A DNA stretch of 63,962 nt, counting the filler, from Thelocarpon superellum (taxonomy: Eukaryota): the NCBI GenBank assembly GCA_026025795.1. It is 4 parts of 4 records of this genome, joined end to end, with 100 filler letters (N's around TTAATTAATTAA, not from the genome) between each part and the next. Parts side by side here need not be neighbours in the genome. Positions count along the whole stretch, not along the records: positions 34,735 to 51,921 come from JAPEUG010000377.1; positions 52,022 to 63,962 come from JAPEUG010000494.1; 2 more parts are not named here. One strand, 5' to 3'. A model generated the notes under the pieces. That model ran no database searches and had not been told where the DNA came from. It was given only the letters and a program-made list of their open reading frames with translations. A program made the position numbers and the translations under genes. Numbering within the stretch: the stretch's first letter is position 1; every line of letters starts with the position of its first letter. Below, one piece after another: positions 39,805-53,369 of this stretch.

Positions 39805-40428
39805 GCGGCTTTGGGCGTGACACCCTTCGCGTCCAGCTTTGGCCCCTTTTCATTCTTCTTTCAACTGACTAATTTCTATTGGGGGCATCGGCACCTCTGT
39901 CCGTTGGGAGGATTATTTGACAACCGATTCCTCATTGCATAGCTTTTCTTGCATGCATTCACTGGGCGGGCCAGAATGGAGTTTGGAGCTGTGGGGATCC
40001 ACGGGGTGGTCCCTCGACATATTCGGCTTTTCGTCTTGTCAATGGACATTCCCAACTTAGTTCTGAGGATAATGCACATCTCAGCGGGACACATCGCCTT
40101 GTACCATCTACACCTCTGCTTGACAGAAGCTTCATCAACAAGCGTCCAAATCTAGGCAATAGATGAAGGCAGTTCCAAACCAATGGACAATCAAGGAGCC
40201 TGTCTTGGACCTTTATGTCGTAGACGTTGTAGGCTCAAATCCACGGTGACTCCCAAGTCACCGTGGTTATGATCGCTTTCATTGAAGATGGCGATAGCCG
40301 TGACTCAGCTGTTCTTCTCGGATCGCCACCGAATGGGGCCTTGCTCGCATCGATCCTACGGTAACCATCACGGTGCAAGATAAACCACTCTTGCTAAGAC
40401 CGCCAGTGATGCAGGAGACCACCTCAGG

Positions 40429-42036
40429 ATGAAGACCACGCTACTGCTGTGCTTCATTCACGGCTTCAAAGTATGTGCACGTGGAGAACCCAACGTGCAT
40501 TACCCCACTATCAACATGCTGATCAGTCCTACATCTAGGGCGGTGACGATACTTTCGTCGGCTTTCCAGAGTACCTCCGTGCGCTGGTCAGCCATGCCTT
40601 ACTCGATGTCGAGGTCGTTACCATCACCTATCCCAAGTTCGACACCCGGGGGGACCTGATGCAATGCGTGGGCCGCTTCAGGGAGTGGTGCGTGATGTCG
40701 GTCTGGGGCGAGCGGAGAGACGGCCCGGGACAAGACTGATGCGACGACGGAGCTTTAGGTTACAGAACAAGGTCATTGATCTTGAGGTTGAGGCTGGCAC
40801 GCCCTCACCCACCGTGGAACCATCTGTGCGTACAATCTTGGTGGGGCATTCGATGGGGTAGTTCTTCCTCCTGGCCCGATGCCATCCTTGCCTCGAAAAC
40901 CTCGTTCGCTGACTCTAGCACAGAGGCATCGTGGCCGCCGAGACAGTGCTTGCAATCACTTCGGAACAGCCCTTGACGAGCTCGGCAGATCCAGAGATGC
41001 AGTCCTTCATGTTTCCCTACATCCAAGGTATCCTCGCTTTCGATACGCCTTATCTCGGCATTGCCCCCGGCGTGGTCGCCCATGGCGCCGAAGGCCACTT
41101 GAACACGGCCTCGGCGGCCATCACGCAGCTCTCTGGACTGGCCGGCGGTATGTGGGGGGGCAGCGCGGCCGCTGCAGCGGACTCGCAGACACGGGCTCAG
41201 AAGGAGAAGAGTCATGCCGAGCCGAAGCTCGTAGAGCCTCCCCCAACCACGGCAGCCGTGGGAGCGAACGACGATGCGGCCGCCACACCGACGTGGCAAC
41301 GGTGGGGCAAAATCGCCATGTTTGCAGGTGCCGCCGGAGCTGTCGCCGCAGGTGGTGCTGCGGCTTACCTCAAGCGCGATCAAATCACCGAGGGCTGGTC
41401 GTGGGTTGGCAGCCACCTGGAGTTCGTGGGTTGCCTGGTGAAAGGTGAGGAGATGCAACAACGACTGCAACAAGTCGTGGCGCTGCAGACCACTCAGGAC
41501 ATGGGCTTCGCCGATTTATATACCGTCCTTGGCGCCGGAGCCTCCAGTCGAGGCGTGGTCGGCAACAGCGGCCTGCTCGAGAAGGACCGGACCTTTTGCA
41601 ATCTTCCTAAGAGCGCCCTCAAGAGCGCTTTCATACCTCTCATCAATGATGCCGCTAAGGATGAGGCCGGTGCGCACATGTGTGAGTGGCGAGGCCCCTG
41701 TTTCTTTGCAGCAAGATCACCTTAACGCTCCCACAACGGTCGGGTACTGATAAGCTGGTAGATATGTTCTCTCCGAAGCACAATCCGGGGTACTATCACA
41801 TGAGCGAGCAGGCCAAAGCATTGATTGTGCAGTGGGCCGAGAAGATAATCCCGAGAGAATCTCCCGTACGAGATGCAGGAGCCCCTCTACTATACGACAA
41901 CAATGCAGAAGATCCCGAGGAAAAGCCCCCGGGGGTTGCACGCAGCGGGAATATCTCACGAGATGGACAAGACGGGCTCACGTCTCCCGTCGTCGCAGCG
42001 GGTGTGGTTGACGAGGCAGCCATATGGTCCAGCTAG
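40429..42036 (+). CDS. Alpha/beta-hydrolase (DUF676/lipase-like) protein, 5 exons
   Basis: LLLCFIHGFK/GGDDTF, nucleophile elbow LVGHSMG/GIV split by an intron, GILAFDTPYLG, SHLEFVGCL, RTFCNLP, AHM/.MF.PK.NPGYY. Confidence 0.88.
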
Positions 42037-45000
42037 CCCCCTGGTGCTGTCTCTTCATCTGTATACTTATCATTACGGAGCATCAGAACTTCTTCTTCCA
42101 TCGAAACATTATCTTAGCCAAAGCCATCGCATCACAACTTCAATTTACACCTCACGGTCGTCACGCACATGACTAGGGATTTCCTAAACAATATCAAAGC
42201 CTCATTTATTTATTTTGGAGAAAATTACCACTCAGCGGAAATGGCACTTCTATCTACAGGGACATTATTCCCGCCCGGAAGTATGTCTCGGCATGATACG
42301 CCATCTACGATCCGGCAGGCTGAAACATGCGTGCAGTGCATTCGGACGCTGTTTCGCTTGCCAGATGATCTACCTGTGTGGAATATCCGGGCCTGGTTGG
42401 GAATAGATCTAGAAGGCTGGGTGACACACAAACACCCGCATGGCGAAAACAGAAGGAGAAAAGGCCGACGGAAGCTGGCGAGCGAAGAAAAGTCCGGCTG
42501 GCTGGGCAGACGGAGGTCGTAGTACCGCTGCTGTTCCGTCCTGTTCCGTTCTGATCCGCATTCGATATGACTTCGTCAAGACGTCATCAATTCCCGCAGT
42601 GCTCACCTAGGGGGGCGGCGCTGAAATAGGTTGGGTGGCCGCGTGCTCAACCCCCCGGGCCAACACCTCACGTACGCAATTCGCATCTGTCTTGGCTGCG
42701 ATGAGGGCCACCCAGGAAAGGTCGCATCTAGTGCGGCGCTCCTGCGGCCAAGGCCGGTTTCATGGCATCTCGGGCAGCCAAACCACGCGAGGCTTCTCGT
42801 TCTCAGCGACGCACTCTCATCCACGCCGTTCAGCTGCAGTGCATCGGAAGTGACTCATGTCGAGAGACATGGGGGCTGGCGGCAATCCCTGGCGATCATG
42901 CAATGCTGACCGCGTGGAGAGTGAAGGGCGGACACGGCACCGCGAGAGCCAAGAAGGCGACCAAGTAGCCGAGATATTGCCGCCCTGCGACTCGAGGGAT
43001 GGACGTGCAGATCCGCGCAGAGAGGGCCGGTCGTGATGAGTTCCGTTACGTCTCTGTCCCCACCCTGTGCCGTTGGGCGTACCCTCACACGTCCTGGTCT
43101 ATCAGACCCCCGCTAGCCGGGCTTCATCCAATGTTATTGCCGGTCAAGAATAGGTGCTGACAGGTGAACGATCGAAGTTACGAACCGCGTCGGGCCAATT
43201 GACCTTTGTGCTCGCTCAGAAGCCAAGGCGCGCAGTGGTAATAAGTGGAGTCTAATCTCTAAACGACATCACATCTGGGACCCGTTCCGCCATTCGCCAC
43301 TGCTGGATGGTCCGTCCGGGGTGGGCCACCAGCAACCCCACGGAGACGGCCGTCAGAGGGCGGGAGAGATGAGAGCACCGGCAAGGTTGCACCCTCTCTG
43401 GCCACGAGTCCATCCACATGCAATGCGGGGCCCGGTACCGACGCGCGCGGTCATGAGGAGCATAACTTGCCATTCGCACTCCCGTGATCCATTGGTTCCC
43501 GCCTGTCACAGTCTCGCCACAATGTGCCAAACATCCCACACGACTCTTCGTTGCAGCGGACACAGCAGTCTCGAGCGGCAAGAAGATCGGTCCAAGAGGG
43601 ACATGATCGGTGCGTGCAATTTTGCAAAGCGGGGCCCGATTTTGATGTGCGCGCGCAACCAGTGAACGAGGGAGATCAGATATGGCGGGTTCGTGGATCC
43701 CATCCATATCAACGATTGCGCCTCGGCGATGGTTTCGTTTCGAGGCAGCCGCGCCCCCCTGTATTCGCCCTCGTCTACAAATACCTGTAACCAAGGTGGA
43801 CTGACCAACGCCGCGTCCGATATGGGAAGCGTCACCCCGGTGTAACCCCATCCGCATCGTGTCCGCCCGCCCATCTGCTCCATCGAAGCCCCCTCCTCTC
43901 CCCCCACGACTAGCATGGGTCCTTTGGGCCTGCTTCCGTCCGCGCTCTCCAATACATACGAGTACACGTCGCTACTTGGTGTGCGTACTTCTCACCTGAC
44001 GTGGCCACTAGTCTTCACGTTCATGATTGCTGCTACCCGCATAGCTGAAGGCCTCGTCCGGTTGGTGACCGCCACTCTGACGACGAGGGGCGCCGAGGTC
44101 CCGGAAGGAATTCTACACGTAATAGGTTGACGGCGAGTTCGCCCAGGAGCTACGTGCGAGTACGAGGCTCTTCATCTTCCGGGATTATTGGCGCGACTGG
44201 CATGCTTCATCCGAAACCCTTTCCCACCAACACGGACGGCGGCGCGCTTACTCGAGCTCCAAACACGTTGATCCAAAGTCAATGTTGCTGGCCGACTAGT
44301 AGTCATCGTGGATGCTGAGACATTGCTGTCAGACCGCGCGCGACCAGAGTGGCCCGGTCTTAACGAGAATCCCGTCGCCGTAGTCCGGCCACGCTCGTCG
44401 CACCGTAGAGGCCAAGTGCGACCGCACGAAGCATCCATGGCGGGCGGTCTCCGTCCCACTATGGCGCTGGGATCGTCTCCCACCGCCCTTACTTGATCCC
44501 CACCGACCTGTCACCGTGCCACAGAGACACTGAAATGCGCCCGCCCGTTTCTCGACCCTCTCCCCCGGGTTGGAGTCAGGGAGGCCGCGGGCATGCGCCG
44601 TTTCAAGACACGTCCAAGCGACGTATCCAAATGCCGATGGGAAGAATGGAGTCCGCCCCTCTCCAACGACCTAGCGAGATGATATTGAAGCTGAGGGTCG
44701 GGTTCGGCACGGCGGTCGTAGTCTTGGGGTCAGGCTAGCCGAGTCACTCGTCGGCCCGCCTAAGCATCGAGCGATGCGCCAGCAGCGTCGTCGGTCGTGT
44801 GAGCGCAGCCCGCCGCGCAGGCATCGTTGAAAAGCTTCAACAAGCCTGCGGGACCGATGAGCCATGAGCAACATCGGCCCACCAACGACCCCAGGAAGAT
44901 GTGTCACTGGCAGGCCGCCGCGGCCACCCCAGCGCCATGAGTCTTGCCCGCCGCCCGCCGTCGGTGCTGGTGGCGGAGTGTCGGTCGCACACACTGACGC

Positions 45001-48000
45001 GCGCACACACTTACACCCCACACGATATGGATTTATTCGTCGTTGGACGGAGGAAAGGAGGGAGGGAGGCGTTTGGAGGCCGCCTGACGGTGATCCAAAC
45101 GCATGACCCTCTAACCCCCCCCGGTCGCTGCAGGAGCCGTGCCACACAGTCGATGATTACGTGCGTCCTTGCACACGGTAATTTGAGAGGGGAAATCGTT
45201 AGTACGATCATGAGAGGTCACCAGTCTCTCCTGACGCTTGACGCTTAGCCCGTCCATGAGGATATGGGAGCAGATCTGCTCGCTACGCGCCGCCCGCAGG
45301 CGCCGCAGATAGCCAGGTAGACATGCTGGAACGAGTCGACTCGAAACTTCCGCATGTACGAGCGGTGACCAGCCCCGCTCGACCGACTTAGCTTCCGTGC
45401 CGACACTGTCGACCCTGTCGTGATGCGAATCCGCTGGATCCACACGCGTCATCCATTTAGTCCGAGCAGGCACCGAGATGCTGTCTTCACGAGCACGGGC
45501 GTCGCAGCGTAGTCATTCGACCTGCCTCATTTTCTGCGCCCTTTCTCCCACAGCGCGCGGCGTCCGCCTGGCCTGGCCGCGCCCAGCCTCCGCCAACCAA
45601 GGCCATGATCTTTCCCCGTCACATCCAAGCAAGCTACCGCCGTCACAATCTGAAGGGGAATGGTCAATAGCGAACCCTCGCCGCACCGACCCCCCTCCCC
45701 CCACCTTGCATCCGACGCGATCGGATGTGACGCCGCCGCCGCGGCGATGCCTTGTCCGGGGAGGTCGATATGGCGATCAATCATCACATCGACCTCAAAC
45801 CCTTGGACCAGCCGATCCGATGCGGCAGTGCGCCCGCATCCAGCAACACACCTCGTTTGATAAACCCAGCGGGTTTTCTCATATCCACGGCGCCGCTGCT
45901 TAACCCGCATGACCTCTCTCCTCGCGTTTCGGGGGGGGCGTCTGCGGAGCATCCGGGGGCTGGGATAGGATCCCTCGCTACACCCGGCCAGCGACCGCCA
46001 TTCCCTTGCTTGCCAACTGCGTTGCGAAACCATCGAGTTAGTCGTAGAAGGTACGAAGGCACGAAGGCACAAAGGCACGATCTGGGGCCGGATGCCTTCA
46101 GGCCGTTCGAGAACTATCGAGGCGCCGCCCTTCTTCTATCCCTCGTATGGCCACAAGTTGTGCCGTTACTGGCCTGATCGCCAACTCATCCGACTGCTGA
46201 CCAGCCGAATTGACGGCTACGGCAGCACTTGCGCGCGCCATGCAAAAGCAATCACCCACGGTTGGCGGCGCTCGGTCTTGCAACGCTCCTTCGTATAGAC
46301 TTGCTTTGCGAGGCCGGTAGGTATCTGCGCCAGCCCAAGAGACCTGGTTGCATCAGACTCGTCTGCCGGCAAAGATACATTAGATCCCGTCGGCGGCTGC
46401 GCGGGCTGAGACACTGTCGGGTGGTGTCATGGGTTGAAGGGAGATATGACCAAACGCCCGACTTGGTCGAATAGGCACCTGCGCCTGGCTCAATCATTAC
46501 TGAAAGCGTGCTGTGCGGCGCCGAGTTCATGGGGGCTCATCGCACATCGCTCGTAACAGCCAACCACAGCGACAGTGATTGAAAGCAAGGAGGAGTCGGG
46601 GCCGCATGAGGTGAGCAGGCTGTTTAGGGGAATCTGCGCCTGTATGGAACCTCTGCCTGCGCGAAAAGCACCTAAGTTCACACCTGACGTGATCTGTTGG
46701 ACGGGGGGTAATCGATTAAGATCAGCCCATGGCTCCTGGACAGTGGACGCCGAAAATGTTGGATGCTGAAAGGGCCAGATGCCGTAGGCTACAGTAGTGC
46801 GGTCTCCTGCCTCAGCTCGCTGGTGCTGCGTCTTCCTAACCCTGGTGTCTCGCTCACTACATCTGATGAGAACTGGACCGGGGTGGGGAGTCGTTTCGTG
46901 CCTGCTGATCCCAGCCCGCAAACGATTCCAAGCCACGTCCCCCCTCGCCCGACCCGCTCATCGTGGCCAAACCTACGCGGCAGGCGGTGCGACCTCCTGG
47001 GACCATGGCACGGGCATGGATGGTCAAAGCAGCGGCGAGGAACCTTGAAGCTCCCGTGACAAACAAGCCTGCATTTCAGGATGTAACTCTGAGTACCATA
47101 GTGCTCATCAGGAGTGCTCTAGACCGAAGCCGCTCAGATCCCTGGCTAGCGCCGCCTCCCATAACGATGCTGGCAGAGCGCTATGGCGGACGCCTCCCAC
47201 CAAGGCCTTACGACCTCTCTGGCTGGCGCAAGACGTCTCGCACACCCGTAGCCGGAGTGGTAGCCGTACCCAACCGGCCACCAGCACCCATCTTCCTGAT
47301 CCCAGTAAGCGACTCACAACGGAAGGGTCCGGCCGCGAACGCCGCATCGCCGCGAACGGAGCGCCCGACCGACAAAGTCTCCCCAAATCATCACTTTCCC
47401 TCGTCGGCTCTGCTGCAGGCCGTGTCTTGTCATCTCCCCAGTGGATGGCACCGTCGCCTTCATTCTTGACCAAGGCCAACGACGCCGTCGGACTAAGATG
47501 CCGTGCCACCGCGGCATTCCCCACTTATAGCATGACCTGGACATGAGGTAGCAGAAGAGTAGATCCGTGTCGGTCCGCCCTATGTGCGCTTCTTACCCTT
47601 CCCGGTTGTCTGAGGTCTTACTCGTTACGCGTGCAAGACCAGTGGTCGCTGGCGCGCGCAGGACGTTCCCGGTCGTGTCGCCACTCCCGGACTCGCGTCC
47701 CTGCCCTGCCCACAAATCCCAACCCACCACCGCCACCCCTTCCCACTTCCTCCATTCCCCCATCTCCACCTTTACCGAGGGTCAACGTACCTGAACAGGA
47801 GGCGTCTGGGATGGTGGGGTCGGTGGTTTGGTCTCCGGGCGCGACGGCACCAGATACGCTCAGCCGCCGCTCAGCGCCGACGGGGTTGGGCATCATGCGC
47901 CAATCACGGGACGGCACAAGGTAATCTTTCACGGCGTTCCTTACCTACAGCGGTGGGCGCCCAGGGCGGTCAGGTCGGCCGAGCGCGCGCGCGCGCAGCC

Positions 48001-49353
48001 AGCACGACTTGTCCTTCCTTTTCCTTGTCCTGGTGCCCACCCCCGCTTAGTGCTATGTGCAAGGCGAAAGCGACGGTCGGGTCAGGCGCGAGCACCCTGA
48101 ACCCCAACAACGATCCACGCTCGGCGAGCACACTAGCGAACGGAACGCGCATCCTCATGCCGAACCACATACTTTACTTTGGGAGAAAGTGGGATGCTCC
48201 GCGCACGATGATGCAGCTTGTCGTCCGTGGGAGTGTGTCAGGCGTGTCCTGGCACTTTCCTGACCACGACGGCCTAGTCGACAAGCGGTAAGGCCCTCCG
48301 TCTTGTTGCGCATGGGCCGGCCTGGAGGAAGGAGAGGCAGAGGAAGAGAGAGAGCCGCGAGGCTTGTGCTTGTCGCACTGGTGTGCTCCGACACTGGCTT
48401 GCATCTCTCGGGCGCAGGACAAGCACGCCAGCCCCCGGCCCTGGTAGGCGTAGTCATACAACAATGGATCCTTCTTCGCGCGGCGTTGCTAGGCAAATGC
48501 TGCTCGCGCGCCACCTCACCCTCGACCCTGCGCTGATTGGCCCGCCCGCGCACTGGGCGGGCTCGATCTTCATTCAATCTTCCCACCCACTGTGGTGACG
48601 ACGGACCCGACTAGGTGGTCCGCCGTCACAGACGTGCCCAGTCCCGGTACGGGAGGATGTCGTTCCCGACTGTTCACGGTGAGCAGCAGCAGGAGCAGCA
48701 CCAGCGCCGACGAGACCCTGCAGTCAACCGGTCGGCGAAGCTGTCCCAGAACCGGTCTTGTCTGGCATCACTCCGTCACCTTCCCTGACACACCTGCGTC
48801 GTGATTGGCCCTGGCACCAAACCTGGAAAGTGAGATCAGCCTCTCCGCGCTCTGGCTCCGCTTGAGTCCGTCTGCCCCCATTGCCAGTGACGACGCAGAT
48901 GCCGCAACAGCTTGCTGAGCTTGCTGGTGCGTATGCTTGTGCTGCTCCATCCACCGATCCAGCCCGGCAGCACGCACCCACGCCATTCTCTTCTCCAGAG
49001 CCAGTAATCTTACCTTCACTATCATCCCCTCCCCACTTGGCTCACCTGCCAGTGTCGCCGGCGCGCTTGGCCGCTTCCTCTTAGTCTTCCGTCGCCTTTG
49101 TTGATTACTCCTGCACGAGCTACCGACGGGTTTATGGCCACGACTTCCGTCACCACTACCACCACTCCCGATCTTCCTTCCCCCTCCAACGCCATCTCCA
49201 TCCCTTCCTCTCTCCCCCGCCGTCAACTCATCCGCAGCCCATCCTGAGAATGTCACGGAGCTGTCTGGCCACTACGACCTGCTCTCATCCTCGTGGCCCA
49301 CTTGCCCAACCCCACCACGCCATTCACCCCCCCACAATCCCAAAGGTCCCTTA

Positions 49354-51477
49354 ATGATTGACGTCGGTCGATCTTCCTTGATGCATCAGACACTCGCCGT
49401 CCATCCGCCTCGAGAGCTGCCTAGGTCTGCGAGGTATCCGCCCTTGGACCCTCCGACCTACCGTTCCTATCCTCCTCCGAGCGCCTTGGAGGCGGGAGCG
49501 ACGCCGGACCTCGTCCCGTCGTCCCTCCCCCACGACCTCCCCATCGTGGCCGTCAAAGGCCTGCCCTACACCCCGCCGCCCGACATGAGCGGCCCACAGC
49601 TGGGGGCGGTGCTCCCGTCGAGCTACGGGAGCCATCCGATAGCTACGCTCGACGGCGATGCTGTTGCCGCTGTTGGCGCGGCCACGACGAGAGCACCGTC
49701 TCCCCCTCTGTCGACTGAGGAGCGATTTAGCACCGGCCGCTCTCGCACGCTTCATCGCCTGGATCAGATGGAGCGTTTTCATGGGCGTCCGCCAAGCCCA
49801 ATCTCGCGGCGAACGTCTCGCGCGATGGCCGAACCGGCCCCAAAGACGAAACCCTCCGCCAGCGGCTCCATCGTCCCCTCTCTCCAAATCCCGGCCACGA
49901 TCAATGACAGCAAAGGAAGCTTGGGCGACTTTGCTGCGCAGGTGAGCTCCTTGTGCTCGCGACGCTCCTGGTGACGGGATTTTAACGCTGACTCCGTGAT
50001 AGATTACCTGTTTATTCTGGTTTGAGACCTTCGCCGTGTTGCAACGGGTAGAGGAATCCAAGACCTCGCCGTACCCCGTTGCTCCTCTCGTGTCCGAAGC
50101 TGTTCCGTCCCTCGGCTTCCGCAAATGGGTCACTACGATCTTATCCACCACCCAGGTCACACAGAATGTCATCCTACTGGCGCTGCTCTTCATCTGCCGC
50201 CTCAAGAAACTCAACCCGACAGTGAAGGGCAAAGCCGGGAGTGAGTTTCGCCTGATGACGGTCGCCCTGATGCTTGGTAATAAATGTAAGCGGCAATCAT
50301 CCCAACATCCGTTCAGGCGGGATGATGAAACTCACCGGATCTAGTCCTGGATGACAACACCTATACGAACAAGACGTGGGCGGAAGTCTCAGGGATCTCC
50401 GTGCATGAGATCCACATCATGGAGGTTGAATTCCTCAGCAACATGCGGTATAGCCTGTACACCTCACAGGAGGAGTGGCTCGAATGGCACTCGAAGTTGG
50501 GACGATTCTGGGACTATTTTGACAAGGCCTCCCGGGCGCCAGTGGAGACGATGCCCCGTCCTCTGGCGCCCCCCCTCCCGGGCCTGGGTCTCCCTACCTC
50601 TCTTCCGTCTCCTCCGGCATCGAATCACGCTTCTCCCCCGTTCGTCTCGACGTACACGCCGAATGACCAGATCTACCCTTATTCACTTTCCTTCCCTCCG
50701 CATCTGGCGCCATCGGTGCCGTCTCCGGCGACGTCCGGCTCCGATGTGGGAGCCCGATCATCGGTCCGGAAACGAAGTCACGACGGCGGAACGGAGCCTC
50801 CACAGCCAAAACGGAGCCTCCGCTCCCACCAACAGAGCTCCGCTGGTGCGTATCCGCCGTCGCTGGCACCGTCATACCTCCAGAACATCACCTCGCACGT
50901 CCCCCGACTACCGGCACCGTCGATGTCTTACTCGGCCGCGCCGTCTGCCGGGGCGTTCCCCAACTCTGCCGTGGCCCAACTTCCGATTCCCGCTGGGCGA
51001 GCAATGTCCATGGTATTCAACCCCTCCGTGCCAGCGGCGTGGGCCCCGCCTTCCCACACACATCCGCTCGCAATTAACAGCCATGACACGTCCAGCGGTG
51101 GCAATTACTGCGAAGCACCACGGCGACCGGTATCATATCCAGCGACGATGACGTCGAGCTCGTCTCCAACCAACTCGCTCCTCCCCGGGCCCGTCATGTC
51201 ACAGGCACATGCATCTCCGTCGTATTTCCTGACACACCGCAATTCTCCCTACCGACCAGTGCGGCGGGTGTCGACGCTGTTGGTGTCCCCACCAGCGGGC
51301 GCGGTGCAGAACGCTCCGCAGAATCTCGGGCTTGATCAGATGCACTACCAGCCACTGGGCAAGTCGCGGGGTGAGTTTCGGACCGGTGTGGTACCCTACG
51401 TCAACCACGATACGTGGGTCCAGTCCCAACATACCCCGCACTGGCCGTCGCTACCGCGTCCCAACTTCCACCAATGA
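49354..51477 (+). CDS. Pho85-type cyclin-like protein (Clg1/Mug80-like), 3 exons; start uncertain
   Basis: KGSLGDFAAQ/ITCLFWFE, FRKWVTTILSTTQV, ILLALLFICRLK, SEFRLMTVALMLGNK/FLDDNTYTNKTWAEVSG, MEVEFL; P/S-rich C-terminus with RNSPYRPVR. Confidence 0.92.
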
Positions 51478-51921
51478 GCCTTGCGCCTGGAACTACTCGC
51501 ACGTCGTGCGTTGTGGCGATTTGAGGTAGACGTCAATGACACCTGCGCTACCCGTGGCTTTCTTGAGACATTTCCTAGACTCGCAATACCTTCTACCGGA
51601 CCATTGCATTGAGAGGGAGCATTCGGGGCATCATACTGGAAGCGGCGACTTCCTGGAGGGCCGGGGATTCTTGCACGGCAGGGCTACGGGGAGGATGGAA
51701 GGCATGGCTGGCGCTTATGTAACTGATTTCACGTCCTGGGAAACATACGGCTCGTTGGCATCAATCCGAATCGCGGACAGGAGTTACGCTGTCAAGTAAT
51801 GGGGATGGGGTTCACTGGATGTACATCCCCATGGACGCTCGTGGGAGCGGTATCTTCGGAATCAACCATTGTCGGTTCCGCAGCAATGGAACCTGGAAGT
51901 TACGCTGTAAACTGACATTAG

Positions 51922-52021
51922 NNNNNNNNNNNNNNNNNNNNNNNNNNNNNNNNNNNNNNNNNNNNTTAATTAATTAANNNNNNNNNNNNNNNNNNNNNNN
52001 NNNNNNNNNNNNNNNNNNNNN
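51922..52021. other. Artificial contig spacer
   Basis: 44 N + TTAATTAATTAA + 44 N. Confidence 0.98.
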
Positions 52022-53369
52022 GAGGGGGACGACGAGAAGCGCCTCCAACCTCGCTCAGATGTAAAGGTAGCGAAAGTAACGACCAAGGCGTTTCTGGACG
52101 TGTCTATCAGCATATCGGTCTAATTACATCAGGCTGTGAAGCACATGATATGAGTTTTCTGACACAAGATGTTGGCGACCGCCATGTCCACGGTCCGGAG
52201 AAGATGTCTTTAGCTGGGTACCTGTGGGACGAAAGTGAGCATATCGCTGCGGACATTGGGGAATCGAGCAACTACATTCTCTACCCGTTCCACACGAAGG
52301 ACGACTTCCGTGGGCTGGCACCCTGATAAGCGACGGCGACCCCTCGACACTCGTTGTTTGATACCTAGCCTCGTCGGGTACGAAGTAGCATATAGTTCAA
52401 CATCCCTACCAGGGAAATCATAGGTATAGATGAGTAAAGAAGGGTGATGACCACGACTGGCGCCCCGCTTGCCTACCCGAGAACCGCTGCGTAGGCCGCT
52501 CCCTCCCAAGCTCCGCTGCCTTCCGTCTCATAACAGAGGACGGGGCGCACGCCGGTTTGGCGAGCCCGGTGCAGCGGCACCACGCGACAGGCCTCGGACA
52601 TGCTACGCTGGTAGCGATGAGGCAGACTAGCACGGCGAGGAGCAAGACATCTGTCCGGGTCTGACTGGCCATTTCCATGCGTTTCATCTTTGCGAGTGCT
52701 CTCGCTTAAGCACTACCTAAGTTAACGGACAACCACTTTTTTTTCATCCTGTCCTTTGGTGGCGATCTCTCCCGCACCTTAGCGACTGATTCCCGCAATG
52801 GCTGCTCGGTTCGGCTATTCCCGGCGCGCGGCCGGAACGCTACACCTTAGCCTAGTCGGCAGCTGGGATGACTCCGAGCTCTCACAATGAATGCCGACTG
52901 CCACTCGGTGCCAAGCTATCCCAAGGTCCAGCCAACGGCGTGCCTCATCGAAAACTTTGACCATGATGTCTGATTGCTGTTTCGAGCCCGCGTTAATGTA
53001 CGACCGGTCAACGCGCGGCGCGGATCTTGCATCCGTTTCTCGTTGTAATGCGGCTCAATGCGGGGTGACGCAAGTGCATAGTAAGTTACGAATGGTCCAA
53101 TGCCCTTTCCAGTGCGCAATAATGCCTCCAGAGCTTGCAGAAGTGCAAATCTATAAACCGGATCATGCGTCTGAGCCATATGGACAGCGGTGTTTTGCCT
53201 GTTCTCCGCGGAAATAACCCTGGACAAGCCAGAGAGGAGTCAGTCAAGCCTAGCACTAAACGATAACCCGCATGGAATTGCCCGACCCGATGCATTCGTT
53301 TTCCTCAACGCAATAATCAAGCGACAGGCAGTGACTCGAGTGGTCAGGGTTTCTATCCCAGCAACGGCG

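Noticed and set aside
52740..52880. GC-rich segment checked as a possible tRNA or other ncRNA
   Set aside because: No cloverleaf or Pol III box pattern could be built.
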